A stretch of DNA of 64,000 nt, taken from a virus (taxonomy: Duplodnaviria > Caudoviricetes). The stretch is from IMG/VR virus record IMGVR_UViG_3300010338_002626, positions 2,331 to 66,330 of that record; one strand, 5' to 3'. This document shows, in pieces, positions 11,137 to 21,725 of the stretch. Numbering within the stretch: position 1 is the first letter of the stretch; every line of letters starts with the position of its first letter. Made by a program: the position numbers and the translations under genes. The notes below the pieces were generated by a model. The model ran no database searches and was not told the origin of the DNA. It saw nothing but the letters and a program-made list of their open reading frames with translations.

Positions 11137-13254
11137 CTATTCTTTTATATTTAAAATATACTTATTTATAGTATCAGATGCTATACTAATTTCACTGATT
11201 TGATCTTGTAACCAATTCATATGTGTAGATATCGTTTGCTGTAAATTTACTAATTTTTTAGTTGCAGAATTAGCATCATTATTTATTACTAAATCAGATA
11301 ATTTATCTAAAAATAATGGCGTATGATCGCTTTTATCATTACAATTTATAATATCAATAACGTTATTTGTCAATTTATTTGCTTTTTCTATATTTGATAG
11401 TAATTCACTAAGATTACCCTTTTTAATTTTATCTCCACATACTAAACATGGTGTTCCATTTAAATATTGAACGGTACCTTCAAATTCTTTAAGTAATTGA
11501 TTAAAAAATTTATTTGATTTTAAATATCCTACATACTCTTCAGCTAATTTAATTTCTTTACTATCAAATTTCTTTTGTTCTTGTAAGGTTTTTCTAACCG
11601 CCTTTAAACCATTTATAGTAGATCTCGCTACTTGCCTATTTATTACTAATATTAAACCAGCACTTAATGGTGTAATATATTTTTGTGCAATTTGTATAGC
11701 TTTATCTATTGGTTCAACAATTGCTTCATCTGTTTTTATATTATATGTTTTGTTAATTATAAAATTTTTTAAATTATCTAACATTACACCAGATTTCTGA
11801 ATTAATTCATTTAATTCTACAGCATTAAATTTTAAATCACTGCCAGGTATCGTAAATTCAATATTTTTACTTATTATAGGCTTTAATAATGCTTTTGCTA
11901 ATTCTAATTCCCCCACCCACTGATTAGTTTTCAATTGTAAAGTTAGATAACTATCTTTTGCTTTAATTGAACTTTCTATATCTTGTTTTGTACCTAATAA
12001 TTTTTTTGATGCGGCTTTTAAATAATCTAAATATATAGAACCTACTTTTTTAATTTTTTTCCACATACTGGGAAATAACAAAATTAAAGATTCATACATT
12101 TTTACTTCTGTTGTTAATGATTCTAATGTAAATGTTGATGTAAGTTTATCGGTTAAAAATGAATTCTCTTGTGATTTCGGATTAATTGCTTCAAATTTAT
12201 ATTCAATATTTTTAAATTTAATTTTCTCTATATATAATTTTTTGGAAACTAAATCATTTATATTTTCATTAATATTTTTATCTAATTTTTTTAATAATGA
12301 ACTAATTTGTACTGTATATATAGGAAATTTTTCTGTTAAAATTTTTGCTCTTTTTTGAAATACAATTCTAAATAAATTTAATTTTATAATTGCGGGTATA
12401 AATGGGAATAGACGCATTATTACTTCAGTAGCATATTTTTCATCTAATTTATCTATTTCATCATATAATGCTTCCCAATAAGTTACTATATTACCATATA
12501 CATTATCTTTTAATTTAGAAAAATCAAATTGTAAATTATAGGTCTTTTTTATCTCATTATATCGATTTAAAAATTCTTTATATGGCCAATCATATAAATA
12601 TGCAATTGCCTTATCAATAAAATTATCTGCTAATATTATATTACTTTTATGAATGGAAGAATCTAATTCTGTATTTTCAACTCTAGTAATTTCTCTTCCT
12701 ATTAATTTTTGTGCAGAATTAATTTGTTTAATCGCATAATTTAATGATAATATTTTATATTCTTCTGCGGTTAATGAATTATAGCAATCTTCTAATATTG
12801 AAACTACTGAATTTATTTCTGATAATAAAATATTTATTAATTTATCACGATATTTTAAATATGTTAATAAATTTTGTACTAAAAGATATTGATATACAAG
12901 TTCCATACCAGGAAGAAATGTAATAAAAAAAGCAACCATATTAGTTAACCCACCTACTAAACTTCCCATAAATAATTCTGATAATGTTGCTTCTAATAAA
13001 ACTGCCGCAGGGGCACCAACTAAACCAGATGCTAATGTTACCATCGCAGTGATGAAATTTTGACCTATTTGATAAACTAAATAATTAAAGCTTTTTGCAA
13101 CATTTTTTGTAAAATTATTTACTAATTCTTTAAATTTATTTATAATATTATTAGGATTACATAAATCAGAATTATCTAATCCTAATCCTATAATTAAATT
13201 TTTAATTGCAGAACTAGTTTCATTTCCTAAATCTAATAATGATTTAACATTCAT
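11137..13254 (-). CDS. Hypothetical helical protein (705 aa) with an N-proximal hydrophobic segment
   Basis: Long ORF in the tail operon; hydrophobic stretch FITAMVTLASGLVGAPAAVLL...AFFITFLPG; no catalytic motif recognised. Confidence 0.5.
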   Translation of the reverse strand: MNVKSLLDLGNETSSAIKNLIIGLGLDNSDLCNPNNIINKFKELVNNFTKNVAKSFNYLVYQIGQNFITAMVTLASGLVGAPAAVLLEATLSELFMGSLVGGLTNMVAFFITFLPGMELVYQYLLVQNLLTYLKYRDKLINILLSEINSVVSILEDCYNSLTAEEYKILSLNYAIKQINSAQKLIGREITRVENTELDSSIHKSNIILADNFIDKAIAYLYDWPYKEFLNRYNEIKKTYNLQFDFSKLKDNVYGNIVTYWEALYDEIDKLDEKYATEVIMRLFPFIPAIIKLNLFRIVFQKRAKILTEKFPIYTVQISSLLKKLDKNINENINDLVSKKLYIEKIKFKNIEYKFEAINPKSQENSFLTDKLTSTFTLESLTTEVKMYESLILLFPSMWKKIKKVGSIYLDYLKAASKKLLGTKQDIESSIKAKDSYLTLQLKTNQWVGELELAKALLKPIISKNIEFTIPGSDLKFNAVELNELIQKSGVMLDNLKNFIINKTYNIKTDEAIVEPIDKAIQIAQKYITPLSAGLILVINRQVARSTINGLKAVRKTLQEQKKFDSKEIKLAEEYVGYLKSNKFFNQLLKEFEGTVQYLNGTPCLVCGDKIKKGNLSELLSNIEKANKLTNNVIDIINCNDKSDHTPLFLDKLSDLVINNDANSATKKLVNLQQTISTHMNWLQDQISEISIASDTINKYILNIKE

Positions 13255-13964
13255 TTTGTTAATTCTTTGATTTTTTTAGCTAATTCTTTTTTTCTTCGTT
13301 TTAATTCACTATCAGTTAAATTTAATGATAATGTAATTTCTTTAGCTGTTTTTATGGGATTTCCGTATAAACCTAAAGTATATTCTAAAATTTTTTTATC
13401 AATTGGATCAGAATCTATATATACTGCATCGATAGCTTCCTTTAACTCTAAATCTACAAATTCAGGCTGTACAAATCTATAAAAACCGCCCTCATCTTCA
13501 TCTGTTTTCACAGTTAATGATAAATCGCTTCTTAATTCATTCTGTAATCTTTCTACTTCTTTAATAGAAATATTCATAGCATCTGCTATTTCTGCAGTTG
13601 TTGGTTCACGTCCTTTATCTGCCTCTAAATTAGCTTTGACTGTTTGATATTGACCTATGAGTAAAGCCCTAGGTTCTGGTATATAACCTACATTTTGATA
13701 AGTAGTAACAAATCTAGATAATTTTTTTAAATTATTAACTACATGGGTATTTAATTGGGCTTTATTTGGATCATATGTTTCTAATGAATGTAAAGCTAAT
13801 CTCTTGCCTTCTAATTGAAGGGCTGGTAAAGGTAAACCTGAATTACTATATTTACTTACCTGACTCATGATTAAATTATCTAATGAGGATAATAATTCTT
13901 TTTTTGCTTCAGGATTTCCAGCTTTATATTCATAAAATAATTTTAATTCTTTTTGTTTATCCAT
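13251..13964 (-). CDS. Sigma-70 family RNA polymerase sigma factor (divergent, within tail operon)
   Basis: Region 2-like LETYDPNKAQLNTHV and VGYIPEP, region 3-like KGREPTTAEIADAMNISIKEV, region 4-like DKKILEYTLGLYGNPIKTAKEITLSLNL. Confidence 0.75.
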   Translation of the reverse strand: MDKQKELKLFYEYKAGNPEAKKELLSSLDNLIMSQVSKYSNSGLPLPALQLEGKRLALHSLETYDPNKAQLNTHVVNNLKKLSRFVTTYQNVGYIPEPRALLIGQYQTVKANLEADKGREPTTAEIADAMNISIKEVERLQNELRSDLSLTVKTDEDEGGFYRFVQPEFVDLELKEAIDAVYIDSDPIDKKILEYTLGLYGNPIKTAKEITLSLNLTDSELKRRKKELAKKIKELTK

Positions 13965-15099
13965 TAGATAATAATCTCCTTTTGATATTTATTAAATCTG
14001 TTTTTATATCTTGTAAAATATTAATACGTTCTTGAAGTAATAGTAAATCACTAGTATTAAAATTATTTGTTTGTAACTTTTGTAATAATATATTAGACAA
14101 ATATTCTAAATTTTTTAATTCTTCTTCACTGGTATATTTTTTTAATATTATTGAATTTCCTTCACCTTTTATATTTTTTACAAGATTTGAATGAAAAGTT
14201 TCTATTTCTGATTTAATATCATCTATTTTTTTATTAATAATTGATTTTACATTTGCTTCGATAACAACATTTTTTGCTATTTTATCCGCATAAGTTATTA
14301 TTGGTAATTTATTATCAATAATATTAAAAGCAAAAGAAATAGATTTTAATACTTCATCTAATTTAATATAAATAATATTATCAATATTTTTAATAAGTGT
14401 GTTAATTAAATTCACTTGTTCTTTTATTGCGCGATTATATCTTGGTAAAATTAAAAATTTTAGTTTTTTTTCATCAATTATATTATAATATGTTAATGGA
14501 TGTTTTACTACAACCCAGGTCATAGAAAATTGTCCTATATTATCTGGTAAAGAATTGTAACTCGTGGTAAATGATAATGGATAACCATAGATTGTATGAT
14601 TATTAACTGATAATACAGCAATTGATCTAGATTCAATTAATTTAGTAGCACGTAAATATTTATTATAAAAATTTAATAAAGAGGAATTATGAAAATATCT
14701 ATATTCTTCATCCTTTTTTTGTGATGTATAATCAAGTGCTGCACATTGAAATGTATAAATTGGAACCGAGTCACCAAAAAGCAAAATAGTAGCAGCATTA
14801 AATGTTTCTAATAACTGAGCTCTTTCCTTATATTGAAATTGCATATTAAGTAATATAAAATTATTTGTGATAAGTTCGATATCTCCATCAATATTTAAAA
14901 TATATAAAGCTGCTCCTATACCATCTCCTGAATTATTTATAGTATCAGATAAATCTTCAGGGGATAATTTCTCATCTAATAAAGAAAAAATATTTGCAAC
15001 ATTATTTTTATATTGTGTCCTAGGTGCTTCTGTTAAATTCAAATTAACATTATTTTGTATTTCTTGGGTATTAATTAATTCTTCTAAAAATTCTGCCAT
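13957..15099 (-). CDS. Putative tail-tube initiator / baseplate hub-associated protein
   Basis: Position two genes after the tape measure; N-terminal half resembles a tube-like beta fold (NFILLNMQFQYKERAQLLETF...LFGD...YLRAT). Mostly positional inference. Confidence 0.4.
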   Translation of the reverse strand: MAEFLEELINTQEIQNNVNLNLTEAPRTQYKNNVANIFSLLDEKLSPEDLSDTINNSGDGIGAALYILNIDGDIELITNNFILLNMQFQYKERAQLLETFNAATILLFGDSVPIYTFQCAALDYTSQKKDEEYRYFHNSSLLNFYNKYLRATKLIESRSIAVLSVNNHTIYGYPLSFTTSYNSLPDNIGQFSMTWVVVKHPLTYYNIIDEKKLKFLILPRYNRAIKEQVNLINTLIKNIDNIIYIKLDEVLKSISFAFNIIDNKLPIITYADKIAKNVVIEANVKSIINKKIDDIKSEIETFHSNLVKNIKGEGNSIILKKYTSEEELKNLEYLSNILLQKLQTNNFNTSDLLLLQERINILQDIKTDLINIKRRLLSNG

Positions 15100-15101
15100 A
15101 A

Positions 15102-17642
15102 TTATCCTCTTGTTATAACAATATCATTACTAATAAATTTATTAAATGATGAAATTACATGAGCGCGTCTAGTAATATTATATGGTCGAAATATTGCATT
15201 TTTGTGTTGACAATTATAAATTGCTTCATCTTTAGATAAAATGGATTTATATTCATTTTCTAAATCTGTTTTTTGCTGATTAAGTTCCTTTAATTTAGCA
15301 TCGATATTAGAAATATATAAATTTAAATTAAGATCATTTTTTGCTAATATATCTTTTTTTTCTTTTTCTAAATTATTAATTTGTTCTACAATCGATTCTA
15401 TATTTGTTTTTATAGTATTTATTACCATTTGACTCTTTTTTAATCCTTTTTTCTGTTCATTTCCAGTTTCTAATATTTGATTTCTTAATGTCGAATAATT
15501 GTAATCCATTTGTTTTAATATAAATGATAGATCTTTTGTATCTTCAAATAGTTTATTACTTGGTAAATTATAAGCCCCAATATAATCTAAATATTCGGAC
15601 ATAGTACATAATTTTCTACGAACCATTAAATTTATATAATCAAAAATAGATAAATTGCTATTTTCTTTAATTGCCTTATAAAAATTTTTAAATTCATTTA
15701 AAGCCATATATAATAATTTAGTATTTAGAACCGCTTCATCACAATTGAGCCACGGCTCTTTATTTACCTCCTCAATTACATAATCTTTAAATTTTAATTT
15801 TCCGTCTTTAACTTCTTTAATAAAAAATAAAAGAGAACGATCAGTTGAATCTATATCATAAATTTTATTATTAGGGTTTAATATGCATTCTAATTCTTTA
15901 AAGCTATTTTTATTTTCATTTACCTGATTAATCAATTCACCATATTTATTTATTTTTCCAGTTAATAAATATGTATATATATCTACTCCAATAGTTTTAA
16001 AATCATATAAATATTCATTATAAGCTACTTGATTTGCAGCTAACATACCCTCTTGTACAGAATCATCAACTAAAAATTGTTTTAATTTTGGATTAATATT
16101 TTTATCTTCAACATTAACAAAAATACTATTTGTATTATCACTAAATAATAATCTACAATTTCTTAGTGTTATTTGACTTGTAGCTGAACCCGTTGCACTA
16201 ATCGAAGTTGTTATTTTTGTTATAATTCCTAATATATTTGGTTTTTCTAAATCAAAGACTAAGGCGGGTAATCCTAGCATTCGATACGGATTCCATTCTG
16301 TTGTAATAGAAACATATCTATTTTTATATTTTGCAACTAAATAATCTTGTAAAACAAAATTATGCATTGATGCAATAACATCTTTTGGATCGTTAAGATC
16401 AATATTTTTTGCTTCTTTCATTAATTCAATTTCAGCATAATCAAACATTCTATAAGCGGGATTGATACCTCTATACGATTCCTCCTCTGTAAAATTAGTT
16501 CTAAAATTTTTTGGATAATTAAATAATTTAAGATTTGGAATTACATAAATACTATTCATCCACACTGGAACGAGAGGCTGTGTACCAATCTTTACAACAG
16601 CACTCCCAATTATTCTAGTAGGTTCAGCAGACATATCTCTACTATATGTTATTGAAGTAACTTGTTCTGGAAAAAATATATTACATAATGGTGGGGGGCC
16701 CGATTCTATTTCTGGCATTAGAAATGCTCGAAGAGGTCCATATTTTTCAGTTTCATTTCTATAAACTTGATAAACAGATGGATATGCTGCCGGAGCAATA
16801 AATTTGTAACTCATGTATTTTTCAAATGCATTTAGCAAATTCATATATGTAAAATTTGGGGTACTTTCTAAATTTACAGTAGCATATGATTGCAATAATT
16901 GATTTATAGATTCAAATGCAGCTCTTAATTGAAAAGCTCTATTATCACCTGGATTAGGAAATGCGAATATAGATGAACTCAAATATAAAGACAAAGATTG
17001 TATACCATAATATATATCGGATAATTCAAATATTGAATTGATGTTATTAAATAGAGAAATAAAATTACCTTTACCCGCCGGTTGATCGTTATCCAATTGT
17101 GTTGCAAAATATGTTGCTAATCCACCTAAAACACTTACTGTGCCGCAATCATCTATTTTTCCATCAAAAATATTTTTATCATCTGGTGTAGCATTTATAG
17201 TTTCAACTGCATTTTCAGTTCTAATAATTACATTATTTATTTTAGATGATTCTATATGTACTTTAGATATACCGGAAGCTTCTTCAGTTTCCCTTGTTAC
17301 TAATGAATCAACAGGTCTTAATTGCGCTGTCATCATTCGGTATAATATACCGACTGCATTTATACTGACACCTTCACCAGATGAACTTCGTTGAAATGCA
17401 TTAGAAATCAATTCACCTTCAAATAATAAAAAAAACTCTTTTTCATCATGAAATTTTCCAAATAATTGGACAATCGTTCCGGGTAATAATTTTAATGCTT
17501 CATAATTTACTCCAAAATTTATTGACAAACTTGGAATTTGCCCCTCTGTTTCAACTATACTAGCTGAATTAAAGGGAACTTCTACTCCCTCTAAAAATAA
17601 TTTAAATTGCGCTATTCTTATACTTGTATTTAAATATTCCAT
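15102..17642 (-). CDS. Putative baseplate hub protein (gp27 / gp44 / gpD-like)
   Basis: Directly after the tape measure; starts FKLFLEGVEVPFNSASIV and contains WNPYRMLGLPALV...GIITKITTSIS, typical of hub proteins. Confidence 0.55.
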   Translation of the reverse strand: MEYLNTSIRIAQFKLFLEGVEVPFNSASIVETEGQIPSLSINFGVNYEALKLLPGTIVQLFGKFHDEKEFFLLFEGELISNAFQRSSSGEGVSINAVGILYRMMTAQLRPVDSLVTRETEEASGISKVHIESSKINNVIIRTENAVETINATPDDKNIFDGKIDDCGTVSVLGGLATYFATQLDNDQPAGKGNFISLFNNINSIFELSDIYYGIQSLSLYLSSSIFAFPNPGDNRAFQLRAAFESINQLLQSYATVNLESTPNFTYMNLLNAFEKYMSYKFIAPAAYPSVYQVYRNETEKYGPLRAFLMPEIESGPPPLCNIFFPEQVTSITYSRDMSAEPTRIIGSAVVKIGTQPLVPVWMNSIYVIPNLKLFNYPKNFRTNFTEEESYRGINPAYRMFDYAEIELMKEAKNIDLNDPKDVIASMHNFVLQDYLVAKYKNRYVSITTEWNPYRMLGLPALVFDLEKPNILGIITKITTSISATGSATSQITLRNCRLLFSDNTNSIFVNVEDKNINPKLKQFLVDDSVQEGMLAANQVAYNEYLYDFKTIGVDIYTYLLTGKINKYGELINQVNENKNSFKELECILNPNNKIYDIDSTDRSLLFFIKEVKDGKLKFKDYVIEEVNKEPWLNCDEAVLNTKLLYMALNEFKNFYKAIKENSNLSIFDYINLMVRRKLCTMSEYLDYIGAYNLPSNKLFEDTKDLSFILKQMDYNYSTLRNQILETGNEQKKGLKKSQMVINTIKTNIESIVEQINNLEKEKKDILAKNDLNLNLYISNIDAKLKELNQQKTDLENEYKSILSKDEAIYNCQHKNAIFRPYNITRRAHVISSFNKFISNDIVITRG

Positions 17643-17649
17643 AATAAAT

Positions 17650-20600
17650 TTATTTTGTTTTTATTCCATTTTCATTCCAATTTTTTAATATTTGATATAA
17701 TTCTGATAAAATAATATTATTTTTTTCTTCTATTTTAGGTAATTTAAAATTAAATTTACTTTCTACTTCATCTGCAGTAATAGAACCTGATAATACTGCT
17801 TGCTTACGTATAGTAGATGCTAGTTCTTGTATCTTTTTAAAATCCTTATTTTCTAGGGCTTCATTAAATTGTTTTAGCATATCATCTTTTAAATTACCTT
17901 TATATACAGTTTCGATAACTAAATCCATGTTTCCCAATCCTAATCGTAATGCTTCATCAGTTTGTTGTTGTACTATTGTTTCTCGCGCATATTCTGGTAC
18001 ATCTTTTGGTAAATTCTGTCTAATTATATCTTCATATTGTTTTCTAAATCTGTATGAAGCAATCTCTAATACTGCAGCTTTATATTGTTCTGGTATTGCA
18101 CTCCCTATTTCTTTAAATATATTTTTAAATTTAGCAGGTGCATAATCTTCTATTGGTTTAAAGCTTTTCTTTTCTCCCTTAATTACTGCATTTACATCAT
18201 CTACATACATTAAATATGCCCTTACGGCTTTATCATATTCTTCATTTGTTATTTTACCTACTTTACGACCAACGTCTAATTCACTTTTTAATAAATTTAA
18301 ACCTTTAGATCTAGCCCAATCATTGAATGTATTTCCATCATATATATTATGAAGAAATTTTCCATTACTTTGCAATCCTTTTAAAATATTCCAGGCATAG
18401 TTATCAAATGCTTCTCTTTCCTTTACTATGTATTCAGCGGTATTTTCTTTTGATGAGAAACGATCTAATCCTAATGTATTAGTAAATAATTTTATACGGT
18501 CTCGTAAAGCAATTTGTTGACTTTTTGTTAAATTTTTAAATTCATCTCCAAATGTCGTTTTAGAAATATAATCATATACTTGCTGAATAGAAGTAAATGA
18601 TTGAAATGTTGATTTATCATATTTCGATCCAGCTTCAATAACTTTTTGTACATCAGTAGAATTTACATCGCCAGTTAATTTTTGCAATTTTGCCATAAAA
18701 ATTTTATCTTGTTCTGAAACAATTGCAGTATTTGCTTTTTTAAAAGCTTGTCCCGCTGGACTATTTTCCCATAACTTTTTCAACTCATTAACATATTTAT
18801 TTTTTCCAGAAAGAGCGGTAACAATTTCCTCATTTAAATCTTTACCTAATATATCATTTGGACGTACACGTACAGTACCTGTAAACCAATCTGCTATCGA
18901 TTGAAAAACATTAGCTGTGGATTTATATCCTTCATTTAATACTTCTCCTAATGCTGTTCCAAATTTAGTATGACCGATAACTCCCCATGGTCTTGTTTGT
19001 AATAGATATGCTCCTTTTACAGCATCATAGACTGTACCCAAACCTAAATTATATGATATGCCCCTAAGTCCACCCATAACATTAGCTTGTGTAATATCCT
19101 TATACATATTATATAATGTAGTTTCTTGTTCCTTTTCTGGGTCTATAGGAGTCAATGCGGTATTTAATACTAATTGTGCTTGTGCATATGATAGCCCATA
19201 TTGTTTCATCATTGCCCCTGCAACTACATCAGCAGAAACTTTACTACCTTCATCAACAATACCCGATTTATATAATAAATCTAATGTTTGATAAGTCATA
19301 TCAACAGCATTTTGCTGCAATGAAAATTCCCCAGCTCTACGTCCAGCAGAAGATATTAAAGCAAAATAATTTTGTGGATTTTCTGCTATATAACTTGCGT
19401 ATGCTTCTGCATTAGATAATAAATCTGCATCTGTTTTCCCAGCAGCTACAGCTGCGGATCTCATTACACCATATGGGCCCATTGCATAAGCTAAAGTAGT
19501 TTGTGCTAATAATTGTGCCGCTGCACTCTGTCCGCCCGCTTCATAAATAATATCTCGTAATTCTGGACTTGCGCTATTAGCAAACATACCAGCTATAGTT
19601 CTCGCATCAACCATCAAATCAAAACCCGCTTTAGCACCTAAATCCGTACCACGAACCATTTCGGCACCTTGTAATCCGTATTGTAATAGTTCATTAACAG
19701 AGGTACCTGCTAATCCAGCGGAATATTGCATCTTAGCAATAAATGGAAGAGCATTTTCAATAGGGGATATATTTCTTGCATCTAATTCCCCCATTATAGT
19801 CATAGCCTGTTCAGTAAATGTACCCAAAGCCTTAGCTATTGTCCTGGCATTTTCTATAATAGTATTAACTTTTTCAGTAAATCTTTCAGCTGACCCGGAA
19901 TTTAAAAATCCCCCAGCTTCTGCAAATGATAATACATTAGCACTTATTTCATCTAAACTATAATTTTCTAACATCCCTTGAAATGAATAAGCTTTAGAAG
20001 TCATAGATTTAACAATATTACTAGCGTCAGATCGAGACAATGGTATATGCGACATGCGGGCCATAGTTTGTAATCCCTCAATCATCTGATTTTGTTTTTC
20101 TACTTCATCTACTAATGGTGATAATGCTAAATCAGCAATACCTGCCGCTATAGCTAATGGAGCTAATGGTGGTACTGCAATAGAAGCACCGAATAAACCT
20201 AATGAAACTGCACCTAGAGGATGTTCTTTAAGAGTTCTATAAACTTTTTCTCTTAAACTTTCTTTATTTGCTTCCATATAATCAGTAATTGGTATTGGGC
20301 TCGTATAATCATATCCAAATCCTAAAGAACCTAAAAAAGTACTATTATTTATAGAATCCTTAATTCCCTGTTGTGCTATTTGTATTCCTGCCGACACATC
20401 TTGATAAAAATTAGATATACCCGCACTCATATTATTTAATATTTGCCGCATATAAGTAGGGTCTTGTGGTACACTAAATGCAGTATTAGCAATGTCATTC
20501 GCAGAACTAATTATTTGGGTTAAATCTGGAGTTACACCGGCAATAGAAGATATTGGGGTTACAGCAGATAAATTATTTATTTGTGCAGTTTGTAAGGCAG

Positions 20601-20739
20601 GAGAAACTAATTGATCTGTAGATGAAAAATTAAATGCATCAGATACAGTTTGATTAATTTGTTGTCGTATAGTTTGTAATTGTTGCGCTATATCACTATC
20701 GTCAATTTGAATCGTATAACGTATAGTCTCTTCTGCCAT
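17650..20739 (-). CDS. Tape measure protein (1029 aa)
   Basis: Ala/Gly/Gln-rich helical protein with a hydrophobic segment, directly downstream of a frameshifted chaperone pair. Confidence 0.8.
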   Translation of the reverse strand: MAEETIRYTIQIDDSDIAQQLQTIRQQINQTVSDAFNFSSTDQLVSPALQTAQINNLSAVTPISSIAGVTPDLTQIISSANDIANTAFSVPQDPTYMRQILNNMSAGISNFYQDVSAGIQIAQQGIKDSINNSTFLGSLGFGYDYTSPIPITDYMEANKESLREKVYRTLKEHPLGAVSLGLFGASIAVPPLAPLAIAAGIADLALSPLVDEVEKQNQMIEGLQTMARMSHIPLSRSDASNIVKSMTSKAYSFQGMLENYSLDEISANVLSFAEAGGFLNSGSAERFTEKVNTIIENARTIAKALGTFTEQAMTIMGELDARNISPIENALPFIAKMQYSAGLAGTSVNELLQYGLQGAEMVRGTDLGAKAGFDLMVDARTIAGMFANSASPELRDIIYEAGGQSAAAQLLAQTTLAYAMGPYGVMRSAAVAAGKTDADLLSNAEAYASYIAENPQNYFALISSAGRRAGEFSLQQNAVDMTYQTLDLLYKSGIVDEGSKVSADVVAGAMMKQYGLSYAQAQLVLNTALTPIDPEKEQETTLYNMYKDITQANVMGGLRGISYNLGLGTVYDAVKGAYLLQTRPWGVIGHTKFGTALGEVLNEGYKSTANVFQSIADWFTGTVRVRPNDILGKDLNEEIVTALSGKNKYVNELKKLWENSPAGQAFKKANTAIVSEQDKIFMAKLQKLTGDVNSTDVQKVIEAGSKYDKSTFQSFTSIQQVYDYISKTTFGDEFKNLTKSQQIALRDRIKLFTNTLGLDRFSSKENTAEYIVKEREAFDNYAWNILKGLQSNGKFLHNIYDGNTFNDWARSKGLNLLKSELDVGRKVGKITNEEYDKAVRAYLMYVDDVNAVIKGEKKSFKPIEDYAPAKFKNIFKEIGSAIPEQYKAAVLEIASYRFRKQYEDIIRQNLPKDVPEYARETIVQQQTDEALRLGLGNMDLVIETVYKGNLKDDMLKQFNEALENKDFKKIQELASTIRKQAVLSGSITADEVESKFNFKLPKIEEKNNIILSELYQILKNWNENGIKTK

Positions 20740-20741
20740 TT

Positions 20742-21538
20742 TTATATCCTATTATTAAATTTTTTAATTAAATCTATTCCAGAAATATTCTCAAATTCTA
20801 AATTATTAATCTTTTCTGCTTTTTCTTTATTAATTTTAATTTTTATTTCTTTTGGAACTTTAAATATTTCTTTAAATTTTTTCATTTGATCTTCTATATT
20901 TTCTTTTTTTGATGTTTTCGGCTGTGTATCTAAATATAAAAGTTTCCTATAAGTTTTTAATAACGAATTAATATTATCTATATATTGATTTCCATCTGAT
21001 AAATTAGAATATATTAAAAGCATAATTTCAATATATCTTATATAATCTTCTCGTTTACTATGTAATAATAATATATTTTCACGAAATTTATTATTTCCAT
21101 CTAACTTTATTCCTTTTGAGATTGCTCGGGCTTTATCTGTGAGACGCCCCCCTGAAAAAAATTTTTATCTACCTCTTCATACCCAATAAATTCTTTAACT
21201 TTTTTTTCTAGTTGTATTAATTCTTGATATAATTTATCCACTACAATGGAACTTAAAGTATTCAAAAATTCCTTTGCTTCTTCAGACGTCTTAAATTCTT
21301 TATCTTTATATCTTAATAATGCCATGGAAAGTCTTTCTAATATATATTGTTGCCAATATTGTAATTTAGTAACTTTATCTCCTTCTAATGACATCATTTT
21401 ATTATCTAATTTTTTATAATCATCGGGGGTCAATGTTCGAATTGTAACATATAATTTATTTGGGATTAATTCTACAATATATTCAACATTACCATAATCG
21501 AAAAGTTGTTCAAGTACATATTCCTTTGTTAATTCCAT
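20742..21538 (-). CDS. Tail assembly chaperone, frameshifted long form (gpGT-like, about 265 aa)
   Basis: The -1 frame is open from the slippery site (about 21160) through the 93-aa ORF 20742..21023 with no stop: ...KNFFSGGRLTDKARAISKGIKLDGNNKFRENILLLHSKREDYIRYIEIMLLIYS... Confidence 0.75.
21107..21538 (-). CDS. Tail assembly chaperone, short form (gpG-like, 143 aa)
   Basis: First gene of the leftward tail operon; acidic helical protein upstream of the tape measure, containing the slippery site. Confidence 0.75.
   Translation of the reverse strand: MELTKEYVLEQLFDYGNVEYIVELIPNKLYVTIRTLTPDDYKKLDNKMMSLEGDKVTKLQYWQQYILERLSMALLRYKDKEFKTSEEAKEFLNTLSSIVVDKLYQELIQLEKKVKEFIGYEEVDKNFFQGGVSQIKPEQSQKE
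21146..21164 (-). other. Programmed -1 ribosomal frameshift site
   Basis: Minus strand reads AAA AAT TTT TTT CAG GGG GGC. It contains three in-frame X XXY YYZ heptamers (A AAT TTT, T TTT TTT, G GGG GGC). The -1 frame has a TAA just before the site and is open after it. Confidence 0.75.
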
Positions 21539-21572
21539 AATTTTTCTCTGATTGGTTATTAAATAAATATTT

Positions 21573-21611
21573 ATTATACTATAATATAATTATTTTTTAA
21601 ACCTTATTCAA
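21573..21611 (-). promoter_or_regulatory. Promoter TTGAAT-N17-TATATT-N4-TATAAT for the tail operon
   Basis: Read directly from the sequence; same geometry as three other minus-strand promoters. Confidence 0.7.
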
Positions 21612-21628
21612 CTAAATTTTTATATTTT

Positions 21629-21651
21629 TGGTATAAGATAAATGAAGGTGT
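21629..21651 (+). promoter_or_regulatory. Conserved 23-nt plus-strand motif TGGTATAAGATAAATGAAGGTGT (extended -10-like promoter or operator)
   Basis: 19/23 identical to 60300..60322; upstream of the helicase operon. Confidence 0.55.
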
Positions 21652-21725
21652 TGGCTTTATTTTTTAAATTATTAATTATGGAGTGATGAAAGATAGATAT
21701 TATATTATCTAATGTTGCAGAATTA

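Noticed and set aside
21146-21152. Mu-type -2 frameshift at GGGGGCG
   Set aside because: That frame reaches TAA within a few codons (GCG TCT CAC AGA TAA); only the -1 frame is open.
21623-21630. Bacteroidota-type TAnnTTTG promoter element
   Set aside because: A single match in AT-rich DNA, not conserved in the second copy of the motif at 60300; not evidence for the host.
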